Shown piece after piece: positions 48,640 through 58,332 of a stretch of 64,000 nt of DNA. Source of the DNA: Thermomicrobiales bacterium (GTDB lineage Bacteria; Chloroflexota; Chloroflexia; Thermomicrobiales; UBA6265); assembly GCA_965218235.1 (NCBI GenBank), contig OZ244595.1, positions 1,702,561 through 1,766,560 on the forward strand, in the 5' to 3' direction. Each line of letters begins with the position of its first letter. Position 1 is the first letter of the stretch. Under the pieces are notes generated by a model, which made no database searches, was not told where the DNA came from, and was given only the letters and a program-made list of their open reading frames with translations. Position numbers and translations under genes: made by a program.

Positions 48640-49258
48640 CCACGACTCCGGACGGGTACCGCGCCCGCTGGCCTCCGCGTGTTCGCGGAAGCCAGCGGGC
48701 GTTCTAACGGTCATCGGGCTGGCGGTCCTGCTGCTGTCGGGCTGCGCGTCGGATCGGGCGACCGACCAGCGACCAGCGAGGGAGACGTCGGAGACGACGC
48801 CTGGTCTGATTGTCGGCGACCAGGCAACGTACTCCGCCAACCGCTACGCCTCACCAACCGCGATCCCGACCGCGACGTCCGTCCCACCGGCCACCGTGCA
48901 GCAGATTGGGCTCACGACGGGCGTCGACGGGTCCGGGCAGCCCAACGGCTTCGTGGTCTCCGTCGCCGTCAATGCCGGGACGGTCTACTTCGTCGTCGAC
49001 CTCGACGGGTTGCGGGCCGGCAGTGTGGTTGCGTCCTACTGGGAGAAGAACGCCGAGAAGATCCAGGACCGGGACTACGCCGGCGGAGCCAGCTTCACCG
49101 TGGAGCGGGACGGCCGGCAGTGGGTCGCCCTGCCTCAGAATCTGGACGGATCGCTGGCACCAGGCAACTATGGCGTCCGGCTCTTCGTCGATGAGGTCGA
49201 GATCGGGTCGATCGGCATCGAACTCACATCCGCCGGGACCCAACCGCGCGGCGTCTGA
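48599..49258 (+). CDS. lipoprotein, hypothetical
   Basis: ATG at 48599 lies 7 nt after GAGGAG and overlaps the integrase 3' end by 41 nt. Lipobox VIGLAVLLLSGCAS. Confidence 0.55.
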   Translation: MHLGNTGPRASRPDHDSGRVPRPLASACSRKPAGVLTVIGLAVLLLSGCASDRATDQRPARETSETTPGLIVGDQATYSANRYASPTAIPTATSVPPATVQQIGLTTGVDGSGQPNGFVVSVAVNAGTVYFVVDLDGLRAGSVVASYWEKNAEKIQDRDYAGGASFTVERDGRQWVALPQNLDGSLAPGNYGVRLFVDEVEIGSIGIELTSAGTQPRGV

Positions 49259-49374
49259 CAGGCTGTGTCCGATTCAGTCTGCCCAGGTCTGGCGGGCGGC
49301 GGGCGGCTGCGAGAGAATCAGCGCGATCGAAAACCTCGTTTGGACGTTCACGCCATGACTGGAGGATCAGCGAG

Positions 49375-50583
49375 ATGGCCCAGGTAGCCGAGACGCTCGA
49401 GCAGACCGAGGATGAGCGGGAGCGAATTGCCCTCGCCAGGGAAAAGCACGCGCAGGCGAAGTCGCTGCTGGCCGAGAGCGGCATCGCCTGCTGGCTCACG
49501 TTCACCCGCGAGGGCAGCGACGTCATGCTGCCGTTCGTCACCGGGATGCCGTACATCGCCGGGACCAGCGCCCTGATGATCTTTGCCGACGGCCCGTCGG
49601 TCGCCATCGTCGCCGACTACGACCGGAGCCAGGTCGAGGGGATCTTCGACGAGATCCACGCCTACAGCGGCGACTGGCGGGTCCCGTTCCACGCCACCCT
49701 CAGGGACCGCGACCCGGCCCGCATCGCCCTCAACTATTCCGAAGCGGACTTCGGTATCGACGGCCTCACCCATGGGCTCTATCTCCAGCTTGTCAGGGAG
49801 CTGAGCCCAGTCGGGATGGCCGACCGCCTCGTCTCCTCCGCGCCGGTCGCCGAGCGGATCCGGGCCCGGAAGACGGCCGGCGAGGTCGAGCGCATCCGCC
49901 GGGCCTGCCAGATCACCCAGCAGATCTTCGACGACGTCACCGGCGTGCTGAAAGTGGGCATGACCGAGCTGGACGTCCAAGAGTTCATCAACGAGCGGAT
50001 GGACACCTACGGCGTCGGCCCGTCCTGGGAAGCCGCCTTCTGCCCGTCGGTCGTCGCCGGCAACCGCGAGGCCGGTCACACCCCGCCGACGAACAAGCCG
50101 ATTCAGGCCGGCGACACCGTCCGGATCGACTTCGGTGTGATCGTCGAGGGCTACTGCTCCGACATGCAGCGGACCTGGTACCTCTCCCGTCCCGGCGAGA
50201 CCGAGATCGACCCGGACGCCGTCCACCGCTTCGCCGCCGTCACGGACAGCGTCGCGATGGCGAAGAGCCTGATCCGGCCCGGCGTGATCGGCTGGGACGT
50301 CGACCGCCCGAGTCGCCAGATCGTCGAGGACCGCGGCTACAGCTTCACGCACGCGCTCGGGCACCAGGTCGGACGATTGGTCCACGACGGCGGGCTGGTC
50401 CTCGGTCCGAACAACGCCCGCTACGGCGACCGCTCCGGCGGCGAGATCGAGGAGGGCATGGTCTTCACGCTGGAGCCGTGCATCCAGGGCGCCCAGATCG
50501 AGGAGGATGTCGTCGTGACCGCCGACGGTTGCGAGTGGATCGTCCCACCCCAGACGGAGCTCTACGTCATCCCGGCACGTTAG
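49375..50583 (+). CDS. M24-family metallopeptidase (Xaa-Pro aminopeptidase/dipeptidase-like)
   Basis: Pita-bread motifs: VRIDFGVIVEGYCSDMQRTW, HALGHQVG and GMVFTLEP. SD GGAGGA. Confidence 0.85.
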   Translation: MAQVAETLEQTEDERERIALAREKHAQAKSLLAESGIACWLTFTREGSDVMLPFVTGMPYIAGTSALMIFADGPSVAIVADYDRSQVEGIFDEIHAYSGDWRVPFHATLRDRDPARIALNYSEADFGIDGLTHGLYLQLVRELSPVGMADRLVSSAPVAERIRARKTAGEVERIRRACQITQQIFDDVTGVLKVGMTELDVQEFINERMDTYGVGPSWEAAFCPSVVAGNREAGHTPPTNKPIQAGDTVRIDFGVIVEGYCSDMQRTWYLSRPGETEIDPDAVHRFAAVTDSVAMAKSLIRPGVIGWDVDRPSRQIVEDRGYSFTHALGHQVGRLVHDGGLVLGPNNARYGDRSGGEIEEGMVFTLEPCIQGAQIEEDVVVTADGCEWIVPPQTELYVIPAR

Positions 50584-50630
50584 CCTCGTCCGACCCTAAA
50601 CACCCGTGGAACAGGAGCGAGGAACCGACC

Positions 50631-52232
50631 ATGGTCCATCTGTCACCCAGCCGATCGACGCTCGCCTTCAACGGGGTCGTCGCGGCTCCGCATATCCTGG
50701 CCGCGGAGGCTGGGGTCGCCGTCCTACGCGACGGCGGCACGGCGATGGACGCCGCGATCGCGACCAATGCGGTCCTGACGGTCATGTACCCGCACCAGAC
50801 GACGGTCGGCGGAGACCTGTTCCTGCTCTACCACGAGGCCAGCACCGGGAAGCTCCACGCCCTGAACGGCTCGGGTCGGTCAGCGATGGGGACGAGCCGC
50901 GAGTTCGTCCGGGCGGCCGGCCACGAGCGGATGCCGATCCGCGGCGTCCACGCGATCACCGTTCCGGGCACCGTCGACGCCTGGGTGACCGCGCAGCGCG
51001 CCTTCGGTCGCTTCACGCTCGCCGATGTCCTCCAGCCGGCGATCGACTACGCCAGCGAGGGCTTTCCGGTCTCGGTCAAGCTGGCGGCCGGCCTCCGGAC
51101 CGCGGAGCCGCTGCTCCAGGGCGACCCGCAGGCTCACGCCACCTACATCCCCGGCGGGATCGTCCCCGTCGTCGGACAGCGCCTCCGGTTGCCGGCCCTC
51201 GCGGACAGCCTCCGACTGATCGCCGCCGAGGGCCGCGACGCGTTCTACACGGGGGTGATCGGCGAACGGATCGCCGCGACCGTCCACCGTCTCGGCGGCG
51301 CCCTCAATATGGCCGACCTCGCCGCTCACCGGTCGGAGTGGACGGACCCCGTGCTCAGCACCTACCGCGACGTGACCGTGGCCGAGTTCCCGCCGAACTC
51401 GCAGGGCATCACTGCCCTGATCGAGCTCAACCTCGCCGAGCTCTCCGAGCCCTCCCGGACATGGGGTTCGGCCGCTCACCTCCACCCGCTGATCGAGGCC
51501 AAGAAGATCGCCTTCGACGTTCGAGACCGCACCCTGAGCGACCCGGACTTCACCGGGATGGACGTTCCCCACCTGGTGTCGAAGACGTATGCCGCGGAGC
51601 TCTGGCGACGCTACGACCCGACGAGGGCTGGAACCGGACAGCCGGACGGCGACGCCGACACGGTCGCGATCTGCGTCGTGGACCGGGACGGCAACGCAGC
51701 CGCGATGATCCAGAGCCAGTACATGGGCTTCGGCTCCGGGATCATGGCCGACGGGACCGGAATCATGCTTCAAAACCGGGGCGGCTACTTCTCGCTGACG
51801 GACGACCACCCCAACCGGCTCGAGCCCGGCAAGCGGACCCTGCACACGCTGATGCCAGGAATGCTCTACCGCGACGGCCAGCTGGCCGGACCGCTGGTGA
51901 CACAGGGCGGCGACGCGCAGGCGCAGGTCCACCTCCAGCTCGTCACCAGCCTCGTCGACTACGACCTCTGGGACAACCCCCAGTTCGTGCTGGACCTCCC
52001 GCGCTGGGTGTCCGGCGGCGATCGCGACGAGCCCGACACGCTGCTCCAGGTCGAGGAGCGCTTCGAGCAGCAGACGATCGAGGATCTGACCGCGAAGGGG
52101 CATGTGGTTCAGTCGATCGCCCCGTTCGCCAGTAACGTCGGCCTCGCCCAGCTAATTCTGCGCAACCCGGAGACGGGGCTGCTCCTCGGCGCCAGTGACT
52201 GCCGGGCCGACGGCGTCGCCCTCGGCCTGTGA
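50631..52232 (+). CDS. ggt: gamma-glutamyltransferase family protein
   Basis: AAEAGVAVLRDGGTAMDAAIA ... GGDLFLL ... DTVAICVVDRDGNAAAMIQS ... TLHTLMP. ATG follows AGGAGCGAGGAA. Confidence 0.85.
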   Translation: MVHLSPSRSTLAFNGVVAAPHILAAEAGVAVLRDGGTAMDAAIATNAVLTVMYPHQTTVGGDLFLLYHEASTGKLHALNGSGRSAMGTSREFVRAAGHERMPIRGVHAITVPGTVDAWVTAQRAFGRFTLADVLQPAIDYASEGFPVSVKLAAGLRTAEPLLQGDPQAHATYIPGGIVPVVGQRLRLPALADSLRLIAAEGRDAFYTGVIGERIAATVHRLGGALNMADLAAHRSEWTDPVLSTYRDVTVAEFPPNSQGITALIELNLAELSEPSRTWGSAAHLHPLIEAKKIAFDVRDRTLSDPDFTGMDVPHLVSKTYAAELWRRYDPTRAGTGQPDGDADTVAICVVDRDGNAAAMIQSQYMGFGSGIMADGTGIMLQNRGGYFSLTDDHPNRLEPGKRTLHTLMPGMLYRDGQLAGPLVTQGGDAQAQVHLQLVTSLVDYDLWDNPQFVLDLPRWVSGGDRDEPDTLLQVEERFEQQTIEDLTAKGHVVQSIAPFASNVGLAQLILRNPETGLLLGASDCRADGVALGL

Positions 52233-53251
52233 CGACCAGCGGACGGGAGGACGTGGCCATCGAAGCGTCGGGCGACCGCACCGCCGAGCGGAGCGACATC
52301 GAGTGGCGCCGCCGGCTGATAATCTTCGGCGACTCGATCCGGTCCGACTTCGACAACCCGCTGGCGACCTCGTGGCGAGCGATCATGCGGGCGCTGACAC
52401 GGGGCGGCCATGAGGCCGTCTTCATCGAGCCTCGTCGCGGCGAGAGTCTGACGCGGCTGCTGCGGCACCGGGGCTCGGCGCCGCTCCGCCAGTTCGCCGA
52501 ACAGTATCCCGATCTCCAGTACCGGACGCTGGACCTGCCACGAGGCAGAGAGTTGAGCATCTGGCTGGCCCGGGAACTGGCGCTGGTCGACGCGGTCGTC
52601 GTCCTCGACAACGCTGCCGAGGCGATCAGGACCCAGATCGCCGCTTACGACGAGCCTCGATTGCTCCGAATCATGCAATCAGCGGACGGCTACGTCGCCA
52701 GCGGACGATCCGATCCGGTCGATCTGGGACCGGCGATCGACACTTCAGCTGTCCCGGCACGGCAGCGCAACGCAGGGAATCCAATCTGGCTTGCCGTGCT
52801 GGCCTGGGATGCCGAGCAGTCGAGCCTCGCGACGCAGGTCTGGCACGCGGCGATGACTATCGATCCCAATGCCAGCCGGCTCAGCCTTGGCTCGATCGAA
52901 CTGGATGGCTGGACGCCAATCACTGAGATGGATCTTGCGTCTACCCTTCGCGACATCGATCTGGCGTTGGTCATCGCGACCCAGCACCCCGCCGGTCTGG
53001 CGTCGACCGCCCGATCCCTGCTGCCGTGGTCTCTTGGCGTGCCGGCACTAACCATCGCGTCGCATCCCGTTGAGGTCGCCGGTCAATTGCCCAGACCGGT
53101 CATCGTAGTCGGCGATCTTTCCCAGGCGATCGAGCGGTCCGGGAGCTTGCCGTGGCCCAACCTGTCGCGCTGGTCGGCGGACCGCCAGGCGGCAGGTCTC
53201 ATAGCCATGATCGACCGGGGCCGGGCAGCGCTTCGGACACAGCGAAGCTGA
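52229..53251 (+). CDS. hypothetical protein, translationally coupled to ggt
   Basis: GTG overlaps the ggt stop (GTGA). Rossmann-like start RRRLIIFGDSIRSDFDNPLATSWRAIMRALTRGGHEAVFIEP. No family recognised. Confidence 0.55.
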   Translation: MTTSGREDVAIEASGDRTAERSDIEWRRRLIIFGDSIRSDFDNPLATSWRAIMRALTRGGHEAVFIEPRRGESLTRLLRHRGSAPLRQFAEQYPDLQYRTLDLPRGRELSIWLARELALVDAVVVLDNAAEAIRTQIAAYDEPRLLRIMQSADGYVASGRSDPVDLGPAIDTSAVPARQRNAGNPIWLAVLAWDAEQSSLATQVWHAAMTIDPNASRLSLGSIELDGWTPITEMDLASTLRDIDLALVIATQHPAGLASTARSLLPWSLGVPALTIASHPVEVAGQLPRPVIVVGDLSQAIERSGSLPWPNLSRWSADRQAAGLIAMIDRGRAALRTQRS

Positions 53252-53285
53252 GTTGACCCGCTGTCGGCGATCGGCGTCACGACGA

Positions 53286-54488
53286 TCATCGCCGACTGAG
53301 CTCGGACCACCACACATTGAAGCGGGCGGTGAGCGTGGCGCGCTGATCGGTCCAGTAGGCCCAGTTCTCGACGAACTGCTTCTCGCGCAGCCCGTCGGCA
53401 GTCGGGATGAATAGCAGCCGCTCCGCCGGGATCAGCGACAGGGCACCGGGGTTGACCGGGCCAAACGGCAGGATGTTGCAGAAGTTGGCCTGCGGAACCG
53501 AGCGCGTCACGTAGTTGATGAAGTCCATGCCGACGTCGGCGTTCTTCGCCCCGAACGGGATCGTCCACGAATCGCCGGACAGCATTCCACCGTTCCACTG
53601 GGACGCCACCCTCCCCGCGATCTCCCGCGCCGCGACCCGAACGTTCCAGGCCGAGGACAGATCGACTTCGCCGCTCAGGACGAGCTGCACCGGCTGCTGA
53701 GCGTCCTCGTACCACGACAGAACGCCCGGGAAGATCCGCTCCAGTGACGTGAATGCCCGGTCGGTGTCGAGCGGATAGAGATCGGCGAAGCCGACGCCGT
53801 CGGCAAGCAGGGCAAATTCCAGCGTCCCGATCGGGTTGAGACGCAGCGCCCGCCGACCGCCAAACCGGGTGAGGTCCCAGAAATCCGCCCACGACTGCGG
53901 TACCTCGGCCGTCCCGGCACCGTACGCTATCGTCGTCGAGTAGAGATCGGCCACGACGCCGTACTGCATCGTGATGCCGATGTCCTCGAACAGCGCCGTT
54001 GGGTCGACGACCGCATAATCGATCGGCGTCAGATACCCATCCCGGCCGAGCTGGATGACATCCTCAGTCGGGACGCAGCAGGCGTCCCAGACCGTTTCGC
54101 CGTTCTCGACCTGCTGCCGCAGCCGGTCGACGTCGACCACCTCGACACTCAGGCGGGCGCCGGTCGCCTCCTGGAATGGCGTAAAGAAGGCGACCGTTTG
54201 CGCATCCCGATACGCTCCGCCGGGAGTCGCCACCGTCAGCGTTCGACCACGCCAGCGCTCTGGGTCCTGGTAGGCTGCCAGTGGTGTAGCGATCAACTCG
54301 GGGGTCGACGTCGGCGTCACCTCGATCGGCGCTGTCGGCGTGATCGTCGGGACGGCAGTCGGGCCATCGCTCCCACCTCCACCACAGCCAGCCAACGACA
54401 ACGTTCCACCGGCCGCAACGAGGCCCGCGCCAGCCCGGAGCAATGATCGACGGTTGAGACCGTCTGAACTCGACTGATCGGTCGGCAT
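53286..54488 (-). CDS. ABC-transporter periplasmic solute-binding protein (PotD/family-1-like), Tat/lipoprotein signal
   Basis: NRRSLLRAGAGLVAAGGTLSLAGCGG, then an SBP-like body. SD AGGGAGATAGG. Confidence 0.7.
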   Translation of the reverse strand: MPTDQSSSDGLNRRSLLRAGAGLVAAGGTLSLAGCGGGGSDGPTAVPTITPTAPIEVTPTSTPELIATPLAAYQDPERWRGRTLTVATPGGAYRDAQTVAFFTPFQEATGARLSVEVVDVDRLRQQVENGETVWDACCVPTEDVIQLGRDGYLTPIDYAVVDPTALFEDIGITMQYGVVADLYSTTIAYGAGTAEVPQSWADFWDLTRFGGRRALRLNPIGTLEFALLADGVGFADLYPLDTDRAFTSLERIFPGVLSWYEDAQQPVQLVLSGEVDLSSAWNVRVAAREIAGRVASQWNGGMLSGDSWTIPFGAKNADVGMDFINYVTRSVPQANFCNILPFGPVNPGALSLIPAERLLFIPTADGLREKQFVENWAYWTDQRATLTARFNVWWSELSRR

Positions 54489-54623
54489 GACCTATCTCCC
54501 TGACCCGGACCGATCGAACATGGCAGCGGGCCGCGGACCTCACGTCAGGCGGAAATCAGTGTCCGGGCAGTGTACAGGCGGAGCCAATGGGCGGCGCGAC
54601 GGACCCGGGCTCAGCTCCGCAAC

Positions 54624-55811
54624 CTAGCCCCGGCCACGGGGATCGCCGAGCAGCCACGAATTGAAGGTCTCGCTGGCAGACGTGGAGTTGTCGACCCACC
54701 ACTGGGTGTCGGACCTGATCAGGCGGGGAAGGTTTAGCGGGCCTGTCGCGAGCTTGAGCTGGAGGAGCGGATCGACGAGGTCAAGGGCGACGGACGACAC
54801 CGGCGCGAGCGAGGCCACCGTCGCCAGCCGCGCCTGGGCCGCGGCCGTTAGGGCGAACCTCAGGAAGTCATTCGCGACATCGGCGTTCGCGGCCCCGTCC
54901 GGCACGACCCAGTAATCCACGATGAGCAGCCCCTGATTCCAGACCGGTTGCACGGGACGGCCCGCCCGCTGGGCCTGAACCACCTGATGCGCCATTGCGC
55001 TCCCGAACGCTGCCCGACCGCCGCTGAGCCAGTCGATTACCTGCGGACCCGTCTCCCACCAGCGATCGACGATCGACCCACTGATCCGGCGAAGCCCGGC
55101 AATCGCCCGCTTCAGGTCGAGCGGGTAGAGACCGGACGGGTTGACGCCATCCGCGAGCAGGGAGAACTCGAAGGTGCCGTATGGCCCCTTCGCCAGGGTT
55201 CGGGTGCCGGGCAACGCCCGGGATTGCCACCAGTCCGCCCAGTCGACGGGAATGGCATCGACCGTCACTGCGTCGTTCCGGTAGGCGCTCACGATCGCGT
55301 TCCCATAGGCTGGAATCGCCGCCGCCGTCGCCGGAATCAGATCGGGGACCTCCTCGTCGCCGCCGATCGGCTCGAGCCGCGAAAGTGCCCCGGCCGCGTC
55401 GAGCTGGCTGGCCCAGCGATCGCTGACCAGGGCCAGGTCGACGGACGACTGGCCAGACGCGAGGTCGCCGTAGCTGGGGAAGTCGATTCGGAGCCGACAG
55501 CCGGTCGCCGTGGCGAACGGTTCGAGCAGGACCGTTCTCAGCGACTCCCGAATGTCGTCGCCACCAGCGACGACTCGCAGATCGCGGCCCTGCCATCGTC
55601 CCGCCTGACCGTCAACCGGAGCCAACTGGCCCGTGATGTTCGATGCGGTCGGCGTGGGAACATGTGGTCCGTGCCGAGGTGTTTCGACGACGCAACCAGT
55701 AAGCAGAAGACTGGTGGCTGCCGAACCGAGCAACGAGCGGCGCGAGAGACGCCGGATCTCTTCCGGACCAATCGCTGGGCGTCGGGACGGCCCAGATGAC
55801 CTGACGGGCAT
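54624..55811 (-). CDS. ABC-transporter periplasmic solute-binding protein, paralog of the neighbouring one
   Basis: SRRSLLGSAATSLLLTGCV signal. Shared blocks with 53286..54488 (e.g. LADGV..S.LYPLD, WWxxxxQ, FVxNW/WWVDN). ATG at 55811 follows GGGGAGAAG. Confidence 0.7.
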   Translation of the reverse strand: MPVRSSGPSRRPAIGPEEIRRLSRRSLLGSAATSLLLTGCVVETPRHGPHVPTPTASNITGQLAPVDGQAGRWQGRDLRVVAGGDDIRESLRTVLLEPFATATGCRLRIDFPSYGDLASGQSSVDLALVSDRWASQLDAAGALSRLEPIGGDEEVPDLIPATAAAIPAYGNAIVSAYRNDAVTVDAIPVDWADWWQSRALPGTRTLAKGPYGTFEFSLLADGVNPSGLYPLDLKRAIAGLRRISGSIVDRWWETGPQVIDWLSGGRAAFGSAMAHQVVQAQRAGRPVQPVWNQGLLIVDYWVVPDGAANADVANDFLRFALTAAAQARLATVASLAPVSSVALDLVDPLLQLKLATGPLNLPRLIRSDTQWWVDNSTSASETFNSWLLGDPRGRG

Positions 55812-55873
55812 CGTTATCTTCTCCCCAGGACCCCCCGGAGTCGTCCCGAATGACAACGACCGGCCACCGCTGT

Positions 55874-56755
55874 TCAGGCGATGGCGGTCGTCATCGCCGC
55901 CTTGAGCAGGTCTGGCACCTCGAACGGTGCCTTCGCGACGCGGACACTGGCGGCTTCGAGGGCGGCGATCTTGTCGGCCGCCGAGCCGGTCCCACCAGAG
56001 ATGATCGCGCCGGCGTGGCCCATCCGCTTGCCCGGCGGGGCCGTCTGCCCGGCGATGAAGCCGACAACCGGCTTCGTCACATGGTCCCGGATGAACACCG
56101 CCGCGGCCTCCTCATCGGAACCACCGATCTCGCCAATGATGACCATCGCGTCGGTACCGGGGTCATCCTGGAACAGCGACAGGACATCGACGAACGATGT
56201 GCCGATCACGGGGTCGCCGCCGATGCCGACCGCCGAACTCTGGCCGAGCCCGGCTCGGGTAAGGGCGTCGACGACCTCGTAGGTCAGCGTGCCGCTCCGG
56301 GAGACGAGCCCGATCCGACCCGGCTGATGGATGAAACCGGGCATGATGCCGACCTTCGCCTCGCCGGGGGTGATGGCGCCGGGGCAGTTCGGACCGAGCA
56401 ACCGTGAGCCCTTCTCTCTGACATACCGGTAGACCGGAACCATGTCGTTGATGGGAATACCCTCGGTGATGCAGATCACGAAGTGGATGCCCGAATCGAC
56501 GGCCTCGTAGATCGCGTCCGGCGCGAACCGGGCCGGGACGTAAATGATCGAGGTATTGGCGCCCGTCTCGGCGACGGCGTCGGCGACCGTGTTATAGACC
56601 GGCACGCCAGCGACCTGCTTGCCTAACCCACCGGGCGTCACGCCCGAGACGACCTTTGTGCCGTACTCGACCATCTGGGTCGTATGGAAGGTTCCCTCAC
56701 GGCCGGTGATGCCCTGGACCAGAAGACGCGTATCGTTCCCGACGAGAATGCTCAC
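55874..56755 (-). CDS. sucD: succinate--CoA ligase subunit alpha
   Basis: [23 protein letters not shown] and [10 protein letters not shown] (phosphohistidine loop). GTG at 56755 gives the canonical N-terminus. The ORF is open to 56782. Confidence 0.93.
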   Translation of the reverse strand: MSILVGNDTRLLVQGITGREGTFHTTQMVEYGTKVVSGVTPGGLGKQVAGVPVYNTVADAVAETGANTSIIYVPARFAPDAIYEAVDSGIHFVICITEGIPINDMVPVYRYVREKGSRLLGPNCPGAITPGEAKVGIMPGFIHQPGRIGLVSRSGTLTYEVVDALTRAGLGQSSAVGIGGDPVIGTSFVDVLSLFQDDPGTDAMVIIGEIGGSDEEAAAVFIRDHVTKPVVGFIAGQTAPPGKRMGHAGAIISGGTGSAADKIAALEAASVRVAKAPFEVPDLLKAAMTTAIA

Positions 56756-56821
56756 TGCTTGCTCCAATGCGATCGGCGCCATCGAATCCGAACCGAGACC
56801 GAGACAGGCATCCCTGTCAGC

Positions 56822-57952
56822 TCAGGCGGCAGCCTGGACCACCTGCGCCGCGGCGGCATCCATCGTGTCGACCGCGGTCAGCCCGGCCTCAGCCAGCAGC
56901 GCCCGGCCCTCCTCGGCGTTGGTGCCGGAGAGGCGGACGACGATCGGCACCGTCACGTTGACCCGGCCGAGCGCCTCGCGGATGCCCTGGGCGACGACAT
57001 CGCCGCGGGTGATCCCGCCGAAGATGTTGATCAGGATCGCCCGGACGTTCGGGTCGGCGGTGACGAGGCCGAAAGCGGTCGCGACCTGCTCGGCACTCGC
57101 CCCTCCGCCGACGTCGAGGAAGTTGGCCGGATCCCCACCGTGCATCTTGACGGCGTCCATTGTCGCCATCGCGAGACCGGCTCCGTTCACGATGCAGCCA
57201 ATGGTGCCGTCGAGCTTGACGAAACTGATGCCGCTTTTGCGCGCCTCGAGCTCGGTCGCGTTCTCCTCAGCCATATCGCGGAGGTCCTCGACGCCGCGGT
57301 GTCGGAAGAGGGCGTTGTCGTCGAAGCTCATCTTGCTGTCGAGGGCGAGCCAGTCGCCGCCACCGGTGAGGATGAGTGGGTTGATCTCGGCCAACGTCGC
57401 GTCCTCCGCGAGAAAGGCTCGGAAGAGGTCGCCGGCGATGGCCGCGAAACCGGCGACCTTGTCGGCGGGGATGCCGAGGTCGAAGGCCATCTGCCGGAGC
57501 TGAAACGGTTGGACGCCACGGTCCGGGTCGGCGTGGAGCCGGTTGATCTTCTCCGGATTGGTCTGGGCGACCTCCTCGATCTCCACCCCGCCCTCGGCAC
57601 TGGCCATGATCAGGATCTCGCGGGCGTTGCGGTCCAGCACCACCCCCAGGTAGAACTCCTTGCTGATCTCGACGCCAGGCACGACGAGGACCTTCGACAC
57701 GATATGGCCCCGGATGTCGAGCCCGAGGATCGCCTCGGCGGCCGCCCGGGCCTCCTCCGGCGTCCGGGCCAGCTTGATGCCACCGGCCTTGCCGCGCCCT
57801 CCCGTATGGACCTGTGCCTTGATCGCGACGAGCCGACTAGCCGCTCGGGCCGCCGCCTCTGCCGCCTGCGGGGTCGTGGCGACCGTCCCGCCGTTGACGG
57901 GGATCCCGTGGCTGGAGAGGATTTCCGCCGCCTGGTACTCATGGATGTCCAT
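56822..57952 (-). CDS. sucC: succinate--CoA ligase subunit beta (ADP-forming)
   Basis: MDIHEYQAAEILSSHGIPV, ATP-grasp region, and NIFGGITRGD. Confidence 0.93.
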   Translation of the reverse strand: MDIHEYQAAEILSSHGIPVNGGTVATTPQAAEAAARAASRLVAIKAQVHTGGRGKAGGIKLARTPEEARAAAEAILGLDIRGHIVSKVLVVPGVEISKEFYLGVVLDRNAREILIMASAEGGVEIEEVAQTNPEKINRLHADPDRGVQPFQLRQMAFDLGIPADKVAGFAAIAGDLFRAFLAEDATLAEINPLILTGGGDWLALDSKMSFDDNALFRHRGVEDLRDMAEENATELEARKSGISFVKLDGTIGCIVNGAGLAMATMDAVKMHGGDPANFLDVGGGASAEQVATAFGLVTADPNVRAILINIFGGITRGDVVAQGIREALGRVNVTVPIVVRLSGTNAEEGRALLAEAGLTAVDTMDAAAAQVVQAAA

Positions 57953-58004
57953 CGCCGTCTCTCACTTCCTGATTCATCGCTCGTTGGGGGACACCGTCAC
58001 GGTG

Positions 58005-58053
58005 CCTTCGATGATCCTCTGGCTCCATGCGGGAACCAGAGGATCATCGAAGG
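58005..58053. other. 18-bp perfect-stem hairpin in the divergent intergenic region
   Basis: CCTTCGATGATCCTCTGG - 13-nt loop - CCAGAGGATCATCGAAGG, about 50 nt upstream of the sucC ATG. Confidence 0.85.
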
Positions 58054-58305
58054 CGGGGAACGGCCAGGCGAACCCGCGGACCCAGGTCCTGACGTCCGCG
58101 TTGCCGCAGGCATCCTACCAAGACTCCGCTCTCCGGGAGCGACGAGTGCTGTCCGCCCCCGATGGCAGCATTCGGATGGTTCCCGGAATGGTCACCACCA
58201 TGCTCGTCGAGTCAATGATTGCGCCACTGACGGTCCAGTCCCTCACTCCCGCGGATCGGTACCCGGACGGTACCCGAATGAGCCCGGAAAAGGCCGGAAA
58301 GGGTA

Positions 58306-58332
58306 TTGAAAATCGAGTTGGTATGATAGTAT
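58306..58332 (+). promoter_or_regulatory. candidate sigma-70-like promoter for the zinc-ribbon gene
   Basis: TTGAAA (58306-58311) and TGGTATGAT / TAGTAT (58320-58332) in a locally AT-rich patch. The spacing is not ideal. Confidence 0.3.

Noticed and set aside
47533-48840. 435-aa ORF on the minus strand
   Set aside because: It is antisense to the tyrosine recombinase. No motifs.
50606-52135. 509-aa plus-strand ORF and 50880..52103 minus-strand ORF
   Set aside because: They are alternative and antisense frames of the gamma-glutamyltransferase gene. Extremely Arg/Pro/Gly-rich.
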